Source: Octopus bimaculoides (Eukaryota). Taken from it: 64,000 nt of DNA. The notes beneath the pieces are model-generated. The model ran no database searches. It saw only the letters and a program-made list of their open reading frames with translations, and was not told the DNA's origin. Made by a program: the position numbers and the translations under genes. The stretch is from positions 12,589,581-12,653,580 of the forward strand of contig NC_068981.1 of assembly GCF_001194135.2 (NCBI RefSeq), read 5' to 3'. The first letter of the stretch is position 1. Each line of letters opens with the position of its first letter. Of this stretch, positions 14,101 through 26,058 are shown piece by piece.

Positions 14101-14854
14101 ACAGATGAAGATAATGATGAAGTTCATGATTTCTTTTATTTGCAGCGTGGCCATCAAATGGCGAGGACATTACAAAGACATGTCATAATTTGCAAGAGGA
14201 TTTAAAATAAATTCTGATAAAACTGCGGCCCCAATCGGAGCCAATAAAGTTTTCTACAGATCTCACGTCAACTTAATTACAAGAAGCAACACGCTTACAA
14301 TAGTCCCACCCTCTCTAATCCGTTCCGTCATAGTCACCTATCTTCTTACGAGCCTACTAATATCTCTTTTCTAATTTCCTTTGCAAATTGGGACTTGAAC
14401 GCTAAAAGTTAGAGATTAACCGAAGCGTAAGTCGTCTGCCTTGATTTCATTCAGCTTTTTTTCCAAAGAATACCTTTTTTACTGTAGTCACTAGAATGAA
14501 GAAAACAACCTGCACAGACTTAATAAAAGATGACAGCGGGCTGATCGTCCAAAGACACTTGACTGATACTCCAGTCTACAAGTGACAACTACTTTTCAAA
14601 TTAACTTCACGAATTATCAACGCTCGGACTGCACGAATGCAGGCTGTACGGTTTCGTCACTTCTGCGCGTACCACAAACACTCACGCAAGGTAACATTTG
14701 TTGAGGCTCTACAGTTTATCTAGAACTGGTAGTTATCAGCAGAAGCTTTTGCCACTTCGTTATTGTACGAGGACGTCATGGCCCTTTATCACCATCAGTT
14801 CTATCTACTTGTATTCATATATACTCCTTCAACTCGTGTTTTGTTTACAGCTGT

Positions 14855-15102
14855 AAGGCGCCGAACTGGCAGAATCGTTAGCACGCTGGATGAAACGCTC
14901 AGTGGCATTTCACTCGTTACTATGTTCTGAGTTCAAATTCCGCCTATGTTCTGAGTTCAAATTCCGCCTATGTTCTGAGTTCAAAAGGTGGACTTTGCTT
15001 TTCATCCTTTCGGGATCGATAAAATAAGTACCAGTTGCGTACTGAGGTCGATGTAATCGACTTGCCCCTCCCCCAAAATTTCAGACCTTGTGCCTGTAGT
15101 AG
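14855..15102 (+). mobile_element. SINE family B with a triplicated 24-bp B-box segment
   Basis: Head AAGGCG-CGAACTGGCAGAATCGTTAGC; TATGTTCTGAGTTCAAATTCCGCC twice plus a partial third copy (14921-14985); body GACTTTGC-TTTCATCCTTTCGGGATCGATAAAATAAGTACCAG. Confidence 0.9.
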
Positions 15103-15119
15103 TTATTATTTATTGCTGT

Positions 15120-16230
15120 GAGGTTGGTAGCGGTTGTCTGTTGGATGTTTGGTTGCTTTTCTTTTTATTTCTGTTGATTTTGCTGTTGTATCTTTTGCGA
15201 TTTTTCTGTTCTTCTTTGTGATTTTTGCGTATTTTGTGGTTTTAGTATGGTTTGGGATTTATTTCCTTAATTCTTGATATTGTTTTCATGTATTTTTCCA
15301 AAAATTGTCTAATTCCTGAAATGCTGACGTCGCAGCCGCCTTCCTACTATTTTTTGTGATGCTTCTAAATTACTGTTTGCCCTTTCATTTCCTCGTTCTC
15401 TATAATGATCAGTAGCCATATTCAAGGTTTCCAACCTTCTCGCCATAATCTGTCAGCTTTGTGGTCCTGATTTTAGTTTTACTGATGCTGTTTTTAAGAA
15501 GAAAGCACTCTTTAGAGGATGGCTGCTGTAAACCTCTTTCATATCTTGGTACTAATTCTGTTTATATACTAAATCTATTTTTGTTACCAATGCTGCAGTT
15601 CCTTCTGTTTTCGTCATTGTGGAAGTTGGTGCCGTTGTGATTATGGTGTAGACAACAATGGCATTTTCATGCGCTTTGTCTGAGCACCGAGAGTAATCTG
15701 ATGATTTGTGCTAGGACGAGAATCATACACCACTCTCATGCTTCCTACAATATTAATTTTCGTTTTCGCAATTGCACTCATCGTGTAGAATATTTCGACA
15801 ATCTGCTAAATATTTTCTCCCCTGAGCAACATTTCTACGTATAAGATGATCCCTGCGCAGTATTCGTGGTGTAATGATCTTACATTGACAATTTCACCAC
15901 ACTTCCCTAAGATCATTGTGAAATAGTTTGTACTTAATTCTTCGGGTGGCACGTTGGAATATTTTATTATTAACGCATTTCCTGGGATATAATGCTGTCA
16001 ATAAGAATTATTCTGAAGAGAATGTATTTGTGATTAATTTTTTATCATCTCTTCTCTTCATTCAGCCATGGAACCTTCACCTGCTCATATTCTCTTCATG
16101 CCAGATCAAAATGTCAATATTTTTCAAACAATTTTCTGCATATGTTCAGTCCGATTGTCCACTTTCCTGTTTTGTTCATAGTTATAAATCTATAAATAAA
16201 TGATTTTCCTCCTAATCCATTCTCTCTCTT
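15120..16230 (-). pseudogene. Highly degenerate ORF1-like relic of an L1/Tx1-type LINE
   Basis: Minus-strand translation gives IIKYSNVPPEELS...LGKCGEIVNV, resembling RVKVTEVPPDIN in the ORF1 at 18871-19482; many stops; no intact zinc knuckle. Confidence 0.4.
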
Positions 16231-16673
16231 CCACTGGTATGACGAGTTAATTTGGTTTTACAAGGCACAACTTATTTACTGAACTCACCAGTTTGTGGCC
16301 ACCCAATACTGTTGCATAACATTCGTCAATATTTTCGTCTTTATTACTTTGTGATAATAGGTATGTTGTTGTCGTTGTTGTTGTTGTTGCAACTGCTGCA
16401 GCTGCCGCAACTGCTACTACTGCTGCTGTCCCTACTGATACCGCTGCTGCTGTGGCCACTGCTGCAGCTACCGCTGCTGCAACAGCTACTGTTTGTGCTG
16501 CTGTTGCTGTATATCCTATTGGAGTACCTGTCGCGACTATTGTTGTTGCTTTTCTATTTACGCTCACAATGTTATTATTTCAGTGTTGCCTTTACAGTTG
16601 TTACGGCCGCAAATGTAAATATAAATTTATTATTAAGTTGCCCACTTCTTTATTCTGGTTAAAGAACGAATTA

Positions 16674-16820
16674 CCATATTTAATCGTATAAGTCGCAGTA
16701 TTATATATTTTATTTTAACTAAAAAATCTGCTCTGCGGTTTATACACGAAGCAAAACAAACTATCAAGGGAAAAGTAGTACTTATAGATTAGGCTGCAAC
16801 ATACACACAATTAAATACAC
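16674..16820. mobile_element. Tc2/pogo-like MITE, about 147 bp
   Basis: TA at 16672-73 and 16821-22; imperfect terminal inverted repeats CCATATTTAATCGTATAAGTCGCAG / CTGCAACATACACACAATTAAATACAC. Confidence 0.5.
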
Positions 16821-16837
16821 TATGCCTCTTTCATCTC

Positions 16838-17504
16838 CCGCTGGTTGAGAAGCTCAGGACTCAAAGCAGAGACTGGAGGATTTTTAATTGCAACACAAGA
16901 CCAAAGTCTCTCCACTAGAAATTACTGAAAACATATTATGAAATGAAAAATAATAAGTAACTGCAGAATATGTGGCGATGGACAAGAAACAATAATTCAT
17001 ATTATCTCTGGTTGCCCAGTCCTGGCTAAGAAGGAATATATTCACAGACACGACAGAGCTGGGACCTACAAACACTGGAAGCTATGCCAACACTATGGAA
17101 TAACAACAGAAAAAAGATGGTATAAACACACGCCAGAAAAGGTCAAAGAAAACGAGAAAGCAACCATACTCTGGAATATGCCAATACACACAGATATAGA
17201 AATTAAGGCCAATAGGCTAGATATAGTTGTCAGAGATCATGAAGGAAAAAAATTCTTTCTAATTGATGTATCAATACCAGCAGATGAAAACGTTTTTCCA
17301 AAAGAAATGGAGAAACTTTCGAAATACCAAGACCTGGAAATAGAATTACTCGAATGTGGAATCTAAAAGCAGAAACAATTCCTATCATAGTAGGCACCTT
17401 AGGTATGATAGAGAAATATTCAGATAAATACATAGCAAAAACACCATTACTTGCAAATATATATAACATACAGAAAATTGCACTGCTGAGCACTGCACAC
17501 GTCC
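16838..17504 (+). mobile_element. R4/Dong-like non-LTR retrotransposon 3' fragment (zinc knuckle plus restriction-like endonuclease), with frameshifts and stops
   Basis: Translation WLRSSGLKAETGGFLIATQDQSL...CRICGDGQETIIHIISGCPVLAKKEYIHRHD...ILWNMPIHTDIEIKANRLDIVV...FLIDVSIP...KLSKYQDLEIE contains the CCHC, RHD and PD..D-type motifs. Confidence 0.9.
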
Positions 17505-18018
17505 GGATGGTCAAGCCTGTAACTATTTGCTAGCTGAAAGGGCTTAAGCAGATCTACGAGGCGTGAGTTTGCTTTCCTACCAGTCGCGCCAACTCTATCG
17601 ATGAGTGCGTCAACGATAGCATTAAAGTCTCCTAACACCACTAATGTCTTCGACATCACGAGAGAGTTCTCTAGGCACAGATAAAATCAGTTTGTAATCC
17701 TCTAGCACAAGGTGCATAGATCCCGATCAACCTGAAGGCCTTACTGCTGTATGTCACATCACGGACGACCAGCCTGCCTTCTAGGTCTACATAGGTTGTA
17801 TTTGTCTGCAGAGCCAAGCCTTTTTGGATCATTCCAACTACCGCCCCTGGCTAGGAGACATGATTTTCTCATAGCCTTTCAGGAGAGGCGAGAAGGTTGG
17901 TCTTTGTAGCAACCATCACATGCATATCGTGTGATCTTAGGTCGTCGAGGAAACAGGCTTGCTTCCACTTTGAACTCAGACCACGCACATTTAAACATCT
18001 AAGGTTAAGTGCAGTCAT
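17499..18018 (-). pseudogene. L1/Tx1 ORF2 apurinic-like endonuclease domain, truncated
   Basis: MTALNLRCLNVRGL...RLIGIYAP...LVVLGDFNAIVD...SYRLDHPD; internal stops and frameshifts. Confidence 0.88.
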
Positions 18019-18019
18019 T

Positions 18020-19482
18020 AAAAACAATGGGGATAAAAGCAAGTGTTCTACTTACTCTTAACTGGTGAGGTTGGGGCTGACACGTGAGGCAGCCTCTTCC
18101 GTCTCCTCCTTCTTCAAGTAACAGGGCAGGGCTATAATCCTCCTGATGTTCTTCGGATGCCTCACCCTTCAGCTGCCTGTATAGGATTCCCCTATCCAGG
18201 CACAACTCTCGTCCATACTCCTATATTGAGGATATATTTTGGTCGTATGATGGTTTTTGATTACTTCATCCGTGTAAATGTCTTTAGAATTGTATTCTAC
18301 CAAAATTCTATCGTATTTTCCGTTTTCTCGGGTGATGGGGTGGGGTATTTTTTGTTATTTGTGGTGAAGTGCTGCTTTTTCCTGTGCGAGATGTGGGTGG
18401 GGAAGGTGCATGTGTTCGTTTCCGAACTGTCGTGAACTCCCCCTCAGCCACCTCCATGGTGTTGTCTGCGGGAGTTGTATTTTTCTCTACAAGTGCCTGA
18501 GGTTTCAAGTGGGTGGGCAATTTTGTTTTAGTAAGGGATTGTGTTTGCAGGGGTTGGGTTTTTTCGTTGTTTTGTTTGGGAGCCGGCACCGCAACAGGGG
18601 CGGTGGTAGTGTTTGTGTTTGTGGGGCCTGGTGTGCGTGTGGTTTTGGGGTTGTTTATTTTTCAGATGTAGGGCCTGGTGTCTGTACAAGTTTTTCGTTT
18701 CTTCTCTTTTCTTCCTCCCTCTTTTTTCTTTCTTCGCAGTCAAGGCGAATGTGGCCCTTTTTTCCACACTCATAAGAGGTGGGTTTTCTTCCTACCACCT
18801 GTATTCGAAGGGCCACATTCTCACTCACGAGCACCCTGTGTGGAAACATTTCTATATCTTCCGGTGCCCCCTAAATTATGGCTGAAATGCTCTGTCTCAG
18901 CCAGTTCTGGGGAGCAGAGCATGTTATCTGCAAACATTTTATTTTTTCTGTCCTGTTAAACAAAAGGGCAGCCATCACTTCACGTCGGTTGATATCTGGT
19001 GGCACTTCTGTCACCTTTACACGGGAAGTGCACCTCCCCATGTAGGTTGGCAGAAGCACCACCTCCTTTGTTTTCAGGGGGCACACTGAGTGCCCATAGG
19101 CCATCTCTTCGGTTGCGAACCTGACTTCAATTGTTGCCTTTCCTCTCGCGATGTACGCAATGTCCCTCCACATAGTAACCAAGCATTTCTCTATTTTGTC
19201 TTTTTCAAAATGTTTGAAGCGTTTATTCTCTGGACAGTAAGATTTAAACATTACTGTTTTCCTTTTAGTCTCTGTGGTGTTGGAGATGGGTGACAACTTA
19301 ATATCACCGTCCTCCTCCTTGATTATTCCGGAATATTCTTCCAGTTTTTCAAATGGAAATTCTATGGTTTCAGTTGCCACTGCGGCAACTACCGAAAATT
19401 GTTTTGCAGTGCTGGCACCTCCGCCAATATCATCACCACTCTCTTCGAGAGTGCATTTTTCTTTAATAATTTCAATCGACAT
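18020..19482 (-). pseudogene. L1/Tx1 ORF1 (RRM-like region plus CCHC knuckle), broken into several frames
   Basis: 203-aa open segment at 18871-19482, followed by RKPTSYECGKKGHIRLDC (CX2CX4HX4C with the first Cys lost) and a basic low-complexity tail. Confidence 0.8.
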
Positions 19483-19833
19483 ACTTGGTCGAAATTAATT
19501 CAATAAACACAAAGATATCGCTGCCACTTAAAGTGGGAGCCTATAAAAAATTTTCCCGCTAGGAGTGGGGCACAAAAACAAAATCTAAAACCAAATCTAA
19601 AACAAAATCATATTTTTACACAAAATTCCTCCAAAATAAGAAAGAAATAGCAATGCCAAAATGGCCACAGAAATAAATCTAACAGTTCCTATTTCCCGGT
19701 ATACCGGGGAATATTGAAAACAAATACAATTCAAGAGATACAAAAGCGGTAACAATTCAAAATAAATGGAATCCAACAATAGTAAAACGCTCATCAGCAC
19801 AACAACAAAGAAAAAAGACCACGTCGTACGACT

Positions 19834-19868
19834 GGAAGCAAGCTTCTTACCACAAACCACGCCTGCAC
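19834..19868 (-). mobile_element. SINE family A head fragment abutting the 5' end of the L1/Tx1 element
   Basis: Minus strand GTGCAGGCGTGGTTTGTGGTAAGAAGCTTGCTTCC matches the first ~35 nt of family A. Confidence 0.8.
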
Positions 19869-19914
19869 ATTTACAAACTAGCTATGCACACATAGAAACA
19901 TATACATGCATACT

Positions 19915-19953
<39 letters not shown>

Positions 19954-20026
19954 ACATATACACATACATGCACACGCGCGCGCACACATATACATACACG
20001 CGCGCGCGCACACACACACACACACA

Positions 20027-20073
<47 letters not shown>

Positions 20074-21044
20074 GTATATGCTATCGAACAGACGGAAAAA
20101 ACACTCGTGACCCTTTCAAACTTGAACGGTAGCAACTATTTAAATGTACGTCTTTTTAGTTACGTATTGCTCTTCGGAAAGGAAAAGAATGATTGATCTG
20201 ATTGCAGTTGTTATTCTATTTAGAATCATCCTTTGAGAGGTGAAAGAAGACGTGTTTGCAATTTGTCAGTGAAAATATTTATATATTTATACTGTAGAGA
20301 TATGTATTCATGATATATCGCCGCTACTTTGTGCGCAGTTTAGTTTTGAATTGAAATATCTTCCGGAGAAACAAGTTAAAATTTATGGAAATTGGAAATT
20401 CGAATTCTGTGATACTATATTAGAATGGCTTATAAAACCAATAGATTTTTGTGGTTGTTTGGTCAGTTGGAGGCGATGTTGATTTTAAATAAAATCGAAG
20501 CTAGTGACAGTGGAATGTTTCTCTTTCCTTTCATATTATCATCCTGTTCCAATGACAACGTGGCAAGATCAATTTTCGCTCATATCTCTTAATTTTTTTT
20601 CTTCTTTTTCGAAGATGAGAGCCAGATTTAACGCATCTCTAATATTAGCTGTGATTACCAAAATTGCGCCATTGCACTTAATGGCTTTAGAAACTTGGTT
20701 TTTATTCTTTGGTAGGGAGCAATGTTGACTGTTAGCTATTTGATCGATATAACTCAAAGTATTCTGTTTGTATGTTTTATGCCAATTATTCCGCTACTTT
20801 CACCGAGTTTTTCCTGAGATACGCAATCAGTTGAGTCACGTTTGTGATTATTATATCTTGCTGCTACTTCTGACTCGGTAAGAGAAGACTGAACCTGAGT
20901 TTACAAATAATAAATGCCCATGCAACAAGAAATTTCTTTTCCACCAAACACGAATGCATTTTGTTTTATTAAGTTCAACGCTAATATTATTCTTTATTCA
21001 TTAAGTTCAACAGAACTGTATTATTACACGTTCGTTCTTCGCCA

Positions 21045-21558
21045 TCAAAGTGACACTGGGGTAAAATATAAAAAGCCTATTATACCCATCATGACTACCT
21101 GTCTGATATGTGTACACCAGGCACATGCATTACAACTATATGTGCGCGACATGGTGATCTCATATCAAGATAAACAGCGCATGACCTCGCACGTGGGGCC
21201 CAGTTAGAATTTTCTTCAGGTTGAGTAGCCCATCCCGGTCAAAAGGTCCCTGAATAAGGTTTGTTTAAGGATGTTGTGCAAAACACCCATGTTTCCAAAG
21301 GTGTATTATTGAAACCCCAAAGAATTCCTCTCAACACATGGCTATGGTGCTCCCCCATTACTTCTACTAATGATCAGAGATGCACATATCGTCAGCCACC
21401 AAGGGACATGCTCAACTGGTTAATGTCAAACAACTGACAAGCAAATCTGTGGTATTAAGCAGAATAGTTGCTGTAGCCAATCTTTTATACCAAGACAAAA
21501 CAATGTACACGATAAGACAAACCAATGTACATGATACGACAGAAAAATGTACATGATA
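21045..21558 (+). mobile_element. Dispersed repeat family D (~500 bp, unclassified)
   Basis: Colinear reverse-complement homology with 45118-45625 (GGGCCCAGTT, TGAATAAGGTTTGTT, AGAGATGCAC-ATCGTCAGCCAC, CAACTGACAAGCAA). Confidence 0.8.
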
Positions 21559-21569
21559 TTATTATTATT

Positions 21570-22140
21570 ATTCAGTAGTTTTATTTTTATAACGTGCTTT
21601 CACTTCACTACCGATCGCAGCTCTGTGTGCCTTGGGTATGTGCTGTGGTTTGCTGTGATGCTCTTATGGTTACTGTATTGAAAGTGTTTTGTGTAGGATG
21701 TGTGCTGTGCCCAGTATTGCAATTTTCTGTATGTTATATACATTTGTAAGTCCTGGTGTTTTTGTTATGTATTTGTCTGAATACTTTTTTTTATCATACC
21801 TAATGCGCCTACTATGATAGGAATTGTTTCTGTTTTTAGATTCCACGTTCGAGTCACATCTGTTTCCAGGTCTTTGTATTTTGAAAATGTCTCCATTTCT
21901 TTTAGACAAACATTGTCATCTGCTGGTATTGATACATCAATTAGAAAGCATTTTTTTCTTCGTGATCTCTGACAACTATATCTGGTCTATTGGCCTTATT
22001 TTTTCTATCTGTGTGTATTGGCATATCCCAGAGTATGGTTGCTTTCTCGTTTTCTGTGACCTTTTCTTGCGTGTGCCTATACCATCTTTTTTCTGTTGTT
22101 ATTCCATAGTGTTGGCATAGCTTCCAGCGTATGTAGTTCC
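21570..22140 (-). mobile_element. 5'-truncated R4/Dong-like LINE with complete 3' UTR and an 18-bp target-site duplication
   Basis: Encodes ...PDIVVRDHEEKKCFLIDVSIP...NIYNIQKIAILGTAHILHKTLSIQ-stop. CATGATATTATTATTATT is present at 21552-21569 and at 22141-22158. Confidence 0.92.
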
Positions 22141-22162
22141 CATGATATTATTATTATTGTTA

Positions 22163-22215
<53 letters not shown>

Positions 22216-22220
22216 GTTGC

Positions 22221-22257
<37 letters not shown>

Positions 22258-22270
22258 GGTGTTGTTGTTA
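22141..22270 (+). repeat. (ATT)n/(GTT)n microsatellite, the target of the R4/Dong insertion
   Basis: Direct reading. Confidence 0.95.
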
Positions 22271-23094
22271 ATGATAATATAGGCAAACTTGAAAAGAGGA
22301 AAATTAATAAAGCAACAAGTCAAAACTATATTGCTGTATAAGATAATGAAACAGAGATAAAAGAATTTCACGAAAACTGACTTACGAACATTTAGTAATT
22401 AAAGAACTAGACATTGCACCACAGAAACTCAAGAAAATAAAATATTACGAAGTAAGAATACAGACGCTTTGGTAAATACTTATAAGAGGACTTAATGACA
22501 AAAAGAAAGTAACAGGTATGAATACACAAGTTGGTCAAACAATAAGTGGCATTGATAATATTCTCAACTCTGTGCTAAGTGAATAAGCAAGACTAGACAG
22601 GAAAACAAACAAAATAAGTGTTAATATTGGATGCAGCTAGATTATGCCATACGACGCAGTGAGTCTGTATTTACCATGGATAGAGATGTAGAGGCCTTTT
22701 GCAATAAAATATACTGAAATACTTCTTCTAAGAATATAAATATACTCAGTAAAGGATGAAAGGAAAATGTTAATAAATACAGGCAACGAACTATAAATAA
22801 AGTTTGGGAACAGAACTTGCAGGTTAATCTGGGAGAGAGGTGGCGCAGGAAACGCGTACTAAATTGTCCAGAATGTTCTCTATAAAAGATAGAAATAAAA
22901 AAAAAGAAAAGAAATTAAAATGATGGACAGAAAAATAAAAAGCTGCTATTGAGACAGAAAAGTATTGTATTCATCTTAGAGCAAAAGCTTCGGTTCGATA
23001 TGAAAAGCTTAATTAAAACGGACAAAACTCAACATCATTGACCAAAAGAACAATAGCAAAATCAACGATATTAACAGCAATAATATAATAATTG

Positions 23095-23260
23095 CTTCAA
23101 AGTTGGGCACGAGCCAGCAATTTTGAGAGGAGGGGTTTAGTTAATAACATCGATCCGATCCCACTTCTTGACCGTTTCTTATTTTATCGACATGGACAGG
23201 ATGAAAGGCAAAGCTGATCTCTGAGGAATTTCAACTGAGAAAGTCAAGAGGCAGAAGTAA
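23095..23260 (-). mobile_element. SINE family B-related copy (degenerate)
   Basis: TTATTTTATCGAC...GGATGAAAGGCAAAG matches the reverse complement of the family B core. Confidence 0.7.
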
Positions 23261-23292
23261 TGGCGCGAACGACTATGCCACATTACCACATT

Positions 23293-23351
<59 letters not shown>

Positions 23352-23399
23352 TAATAATAATGATAATAATATGCAGTTATCATCGTACTAATGAATCCC

Positions 23400-23515
23400 A
23401 AGCGTCTTCCTGCGTCAGAACTTGATTCTATTTCATCAAAGTTTCACATATATCGCCATTTAACATATATTCACATGAAATAAAGAAAATGGCATTACTT
23501 TTTGACTCACCCTCG
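23400..23515. mobile_element. Mariner terminal fragment (one TIR)
   Basis: ACTTTTTGACTCACCCTCG followed by TA; the reverse complement TACGAGGGTGAGTCAAAAAGT resembles the TIR at 51782. Confidence 0.5.
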
Positions 23516-23649
23516 TATCACGTATTTATGACACAACATGACCTTTACAAGAAACTGTACAATACAAATACGTATATACGTATTTATTTACGTGAAATAA
23601 TGTATTTGTATACTTACTTAGGCATTAGTTAATAATCTGGGAAATATCG

Positions 23650-23852
23650 GAAGCGAGCTGGCAGAAACGTTAGCACGTCGGGCGAAATGCTTACCGGTAT
23701 TTCATCTGCCTTAACGTTCTGATTTCAAATTCCACCGAGGTTGACTTTGCCTTTCACGGTCGATAAATTAAGTACCAGTTGCGTACTGGGGTCTATCTCA
23801 TCAACTGGCCCCTTCCCCTCCAAATTTCGTGCCAAATTTCGTGCCTAGAGAA
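23650..23852 (+). mobile_element. SINE family B
   Basis: GCGAGCTGGCAGAAACGTTAGCAC...TTCAAATTCCACCGAGGTTGACTTTGCCTTTCA...GTCGATAAATTAAGTACCAG; a second, more decayed copy follows at about 23905-24095. Confidence 0.9.
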
Positions 23853-24542
23853 GGAAAGGAAAGGATATCTGGGAGACATGGAAAGCAGTGAGGTAGTAGA
23901 ATTGTAAACACCACGGAGAAATGCTCAGCGGCATTTCGTCCGTCTTTACGTTAAGATCGCTTTGTGCCGATCTTGATTTGGCCTTTCATACGGTCAGGGG
24001 ATCGAAAAAAAGAGTACAAGTTGAAGAACACTTTGTCGATTTAATCTACTTAACACTTTCCCCAAATTTGCCAGCCAGATGCAAAAATTTGAAATTAATA
24101 TCTAAGAGAAATATATTAACACATATACACAAGTTAAAACGATCTGTTTAAACAAATACATTCACAGCCATATGCATATGCAAACATCCTCGAGCACATA
24201 TAAACACACGTCCACGAAGACATACACAGTTACGAAATATAAAATTAATTCACACAGAACTTTATCAGCCTTTAAATCCTTTTCCTTAACATTCTATGTA
24301 GTATTTTTGTATATGCACTCACCATTTTTTTCATCTTTTCTTTTCGTTTCTTTCTATGGCATTCTTCTGGAAATAAATGAATTGATGTTTGCAAAATAAT
24401 CACTTTACCTTTTACGGTAATTATATTTCGGCATCACACCTTAGTTCTATTGTCAAACTTGGTAGGTATGTCACACATTAATTTGGCCACAAGCCACAAT
24501 GTAGATACGTATTTATATGCTACATATATATACGAATGTATA

Positions 24543-24594
<52 letters not shown>

Positions 24595-24649
24595 TGAGTC
24601 TGTGTAAGCGAGGGTATTTGTGTGTGAGTGTGAAATAGCTGTATCACTT

Positions 24650-25130
24650 TTAAATTCTCACGTTGAAGCACTAATATGATGTCCTCTGGACCTTCTTCAA
24701 CATATCATAACAAACACGGATTTGACAATCATCGTCTAATTTTTATCTCTCATTTCATATCTCTGTCTTTAAACTTGAGGTCTTTATCTTTTCACTTGTA
24801 TTGCTAAATTCATAACTCCTGTTACAAATTTAAACATCAGCGATATTGGGCTTTATTTGAATTACTTCTTTTCTATAACACCTTACTGTAGATCTTGTCG
24901 ACTCCTTGCAAACATAAGGACGCAGGAAATGTGTCAAAGCCGACAGGAAGCGGGGCAGCTTCCTAGCTCCTAACCAATAGTTGTATTATTCCATTCAGGA
25001 GACTGTCACATTAAGTTGACAGCACACGACTATCTTGCTGTACATTGAAGTTTGTAGTGTTGTTCTTCACTTCCATTCCTTCCTTTCATATGTTCTAGGA
25101 CACTCTTTCAGTAACATCATTTAATTTTGG
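24650..25130. repeat. Unclassified dispersed repeat, with a second copy at 30057-30257
   Basis: Both copies share GCCGACA-GAAGCGG-GC-GCTTCCTAG and CTGTCACATTAAGTTGACAGCACAC. Confidence 0.7.
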
Positions 25131-25149
25131 TAATACTGGTTTCAATAAT

Positions 25150-25398
25150 AGTAATGCTGGTTTCAGATTTTGGCACAAGGCCAACAATTCCGGATTTGGA
25201 GGGTTGTAGCAAGTAAATTAAGTCAATTACATTGACCCCAGTGTCCAAATGAGGATGATCTCAGTGCTTAATTTATCGAACCCCAGTTGCTGAAAGCAAA
25301 GTGGACATCGGCTAAATTTGAATTCAGAACGTACAGAGAGATGAAATGCCGCAAAACATATTGTCCGGCGTGCTAATTGTTCTGCTAACGCACCGTCT
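25150..25398 (-). mobile_element. SINE family B (degenerate)
   Basis: TGGCACAAGGCCA tail and AAATTTGAATTCAGAACGT...GGCGTGCTAA head motifs in reverse orientation. Confidence 0.75.
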
Positions 25399-25603
25399 AA
25401 AGTTTCTAATAAAATATTACTGTAAGCATAGATAAAAGTGTTTTCTTTTAGTTTTGAATTCTTCTCTTTCTTCTCTTGTGACATTAATTAGGTTTCTTTT
25501 CCTTAGCACCAATTCTTCAAGCTTCTCTGTTGTAACATTAAAGCAGTTCTTTATTTGTATCACGTTCCGTTCTCACTGTTAGTGGAGTAGGCATTTTACA
25601 CAC

Positions 25604-25637
<34 letters not shown>

Positions 25638-25644
25638 GTATATA

Positions 25645-25790
25645 TATATTCTCTGATTTAAAGCGATATTTATATAAAAATTTGACTGAAAAATGATGAG
25701 CTAACAATCGAACCCACATATCAACAATTACACGGCTACATGCTCATCCTATTGGGCCAAATGCTCAGCCATCAGTTATATAATTAATAC
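25645..25790 (-). mobile_element. AT-rich repeat family U (possible tRNA-derived SINE), head plus body
   Basis: Reverse-complement homology to 27025-27180; B-box-like GGGTTCGATT. Confidence 0.6.
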
Positions 25791-25815
25791 ATCTAATACT
25801 ATATATAATATCTTT

Positions 25816-26025
25816 ATTCTTTTATTTGTTTCATTCATTTCACTGAGGCCATGCTGGAGCACCGGCTATAGTTGAATAAATCGACCCCAGGACTTATTGT
25901 TTGTAAGCCTAGTGCTTATTGTATCGTTTTCTTTTGACAAAACGCTAGGTTTCGGGGACATAAACACACCAACATCGGTTGTCAAGTGATGTGTGTAGGG
26001 GGGGAGGGCAAACACAAACGTATAC

Positions 26026-26058
<33 letters not shown>

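Larger units (their letters stand above)
17499..19833 (-). mobile_element. L1/Tx1-clade LINE, 5' portion: about 350-nt 5' UTR, ORF1 and the start of ORF2; 3' end missing
   Basis: ORF1 starts at 19482 and carries a zinc-knuckle relic; ORF2 starts at ATG 18018 with APE endonuclease motifs. Confidence 0.88.

Noticed and set aside
14575-14690. Possible internal exon (CCAG acceptor, AAG|GTAAC donor, one open frame LQVTTTFQINFTNYQRSDCTNAGC...)
   Set aside because: No recognisable homology, weak polypyrimidine tract and no partner exons; RNA-seq would be needed.
14921-14985. Short direct repeats (also 1639-1750, 13640-13690 and 30095-30150) as a possible CRISPR array
   Set aside because: The units are contiguous with no unique spacers, the context is eukaryotic, and there are no cas genes.
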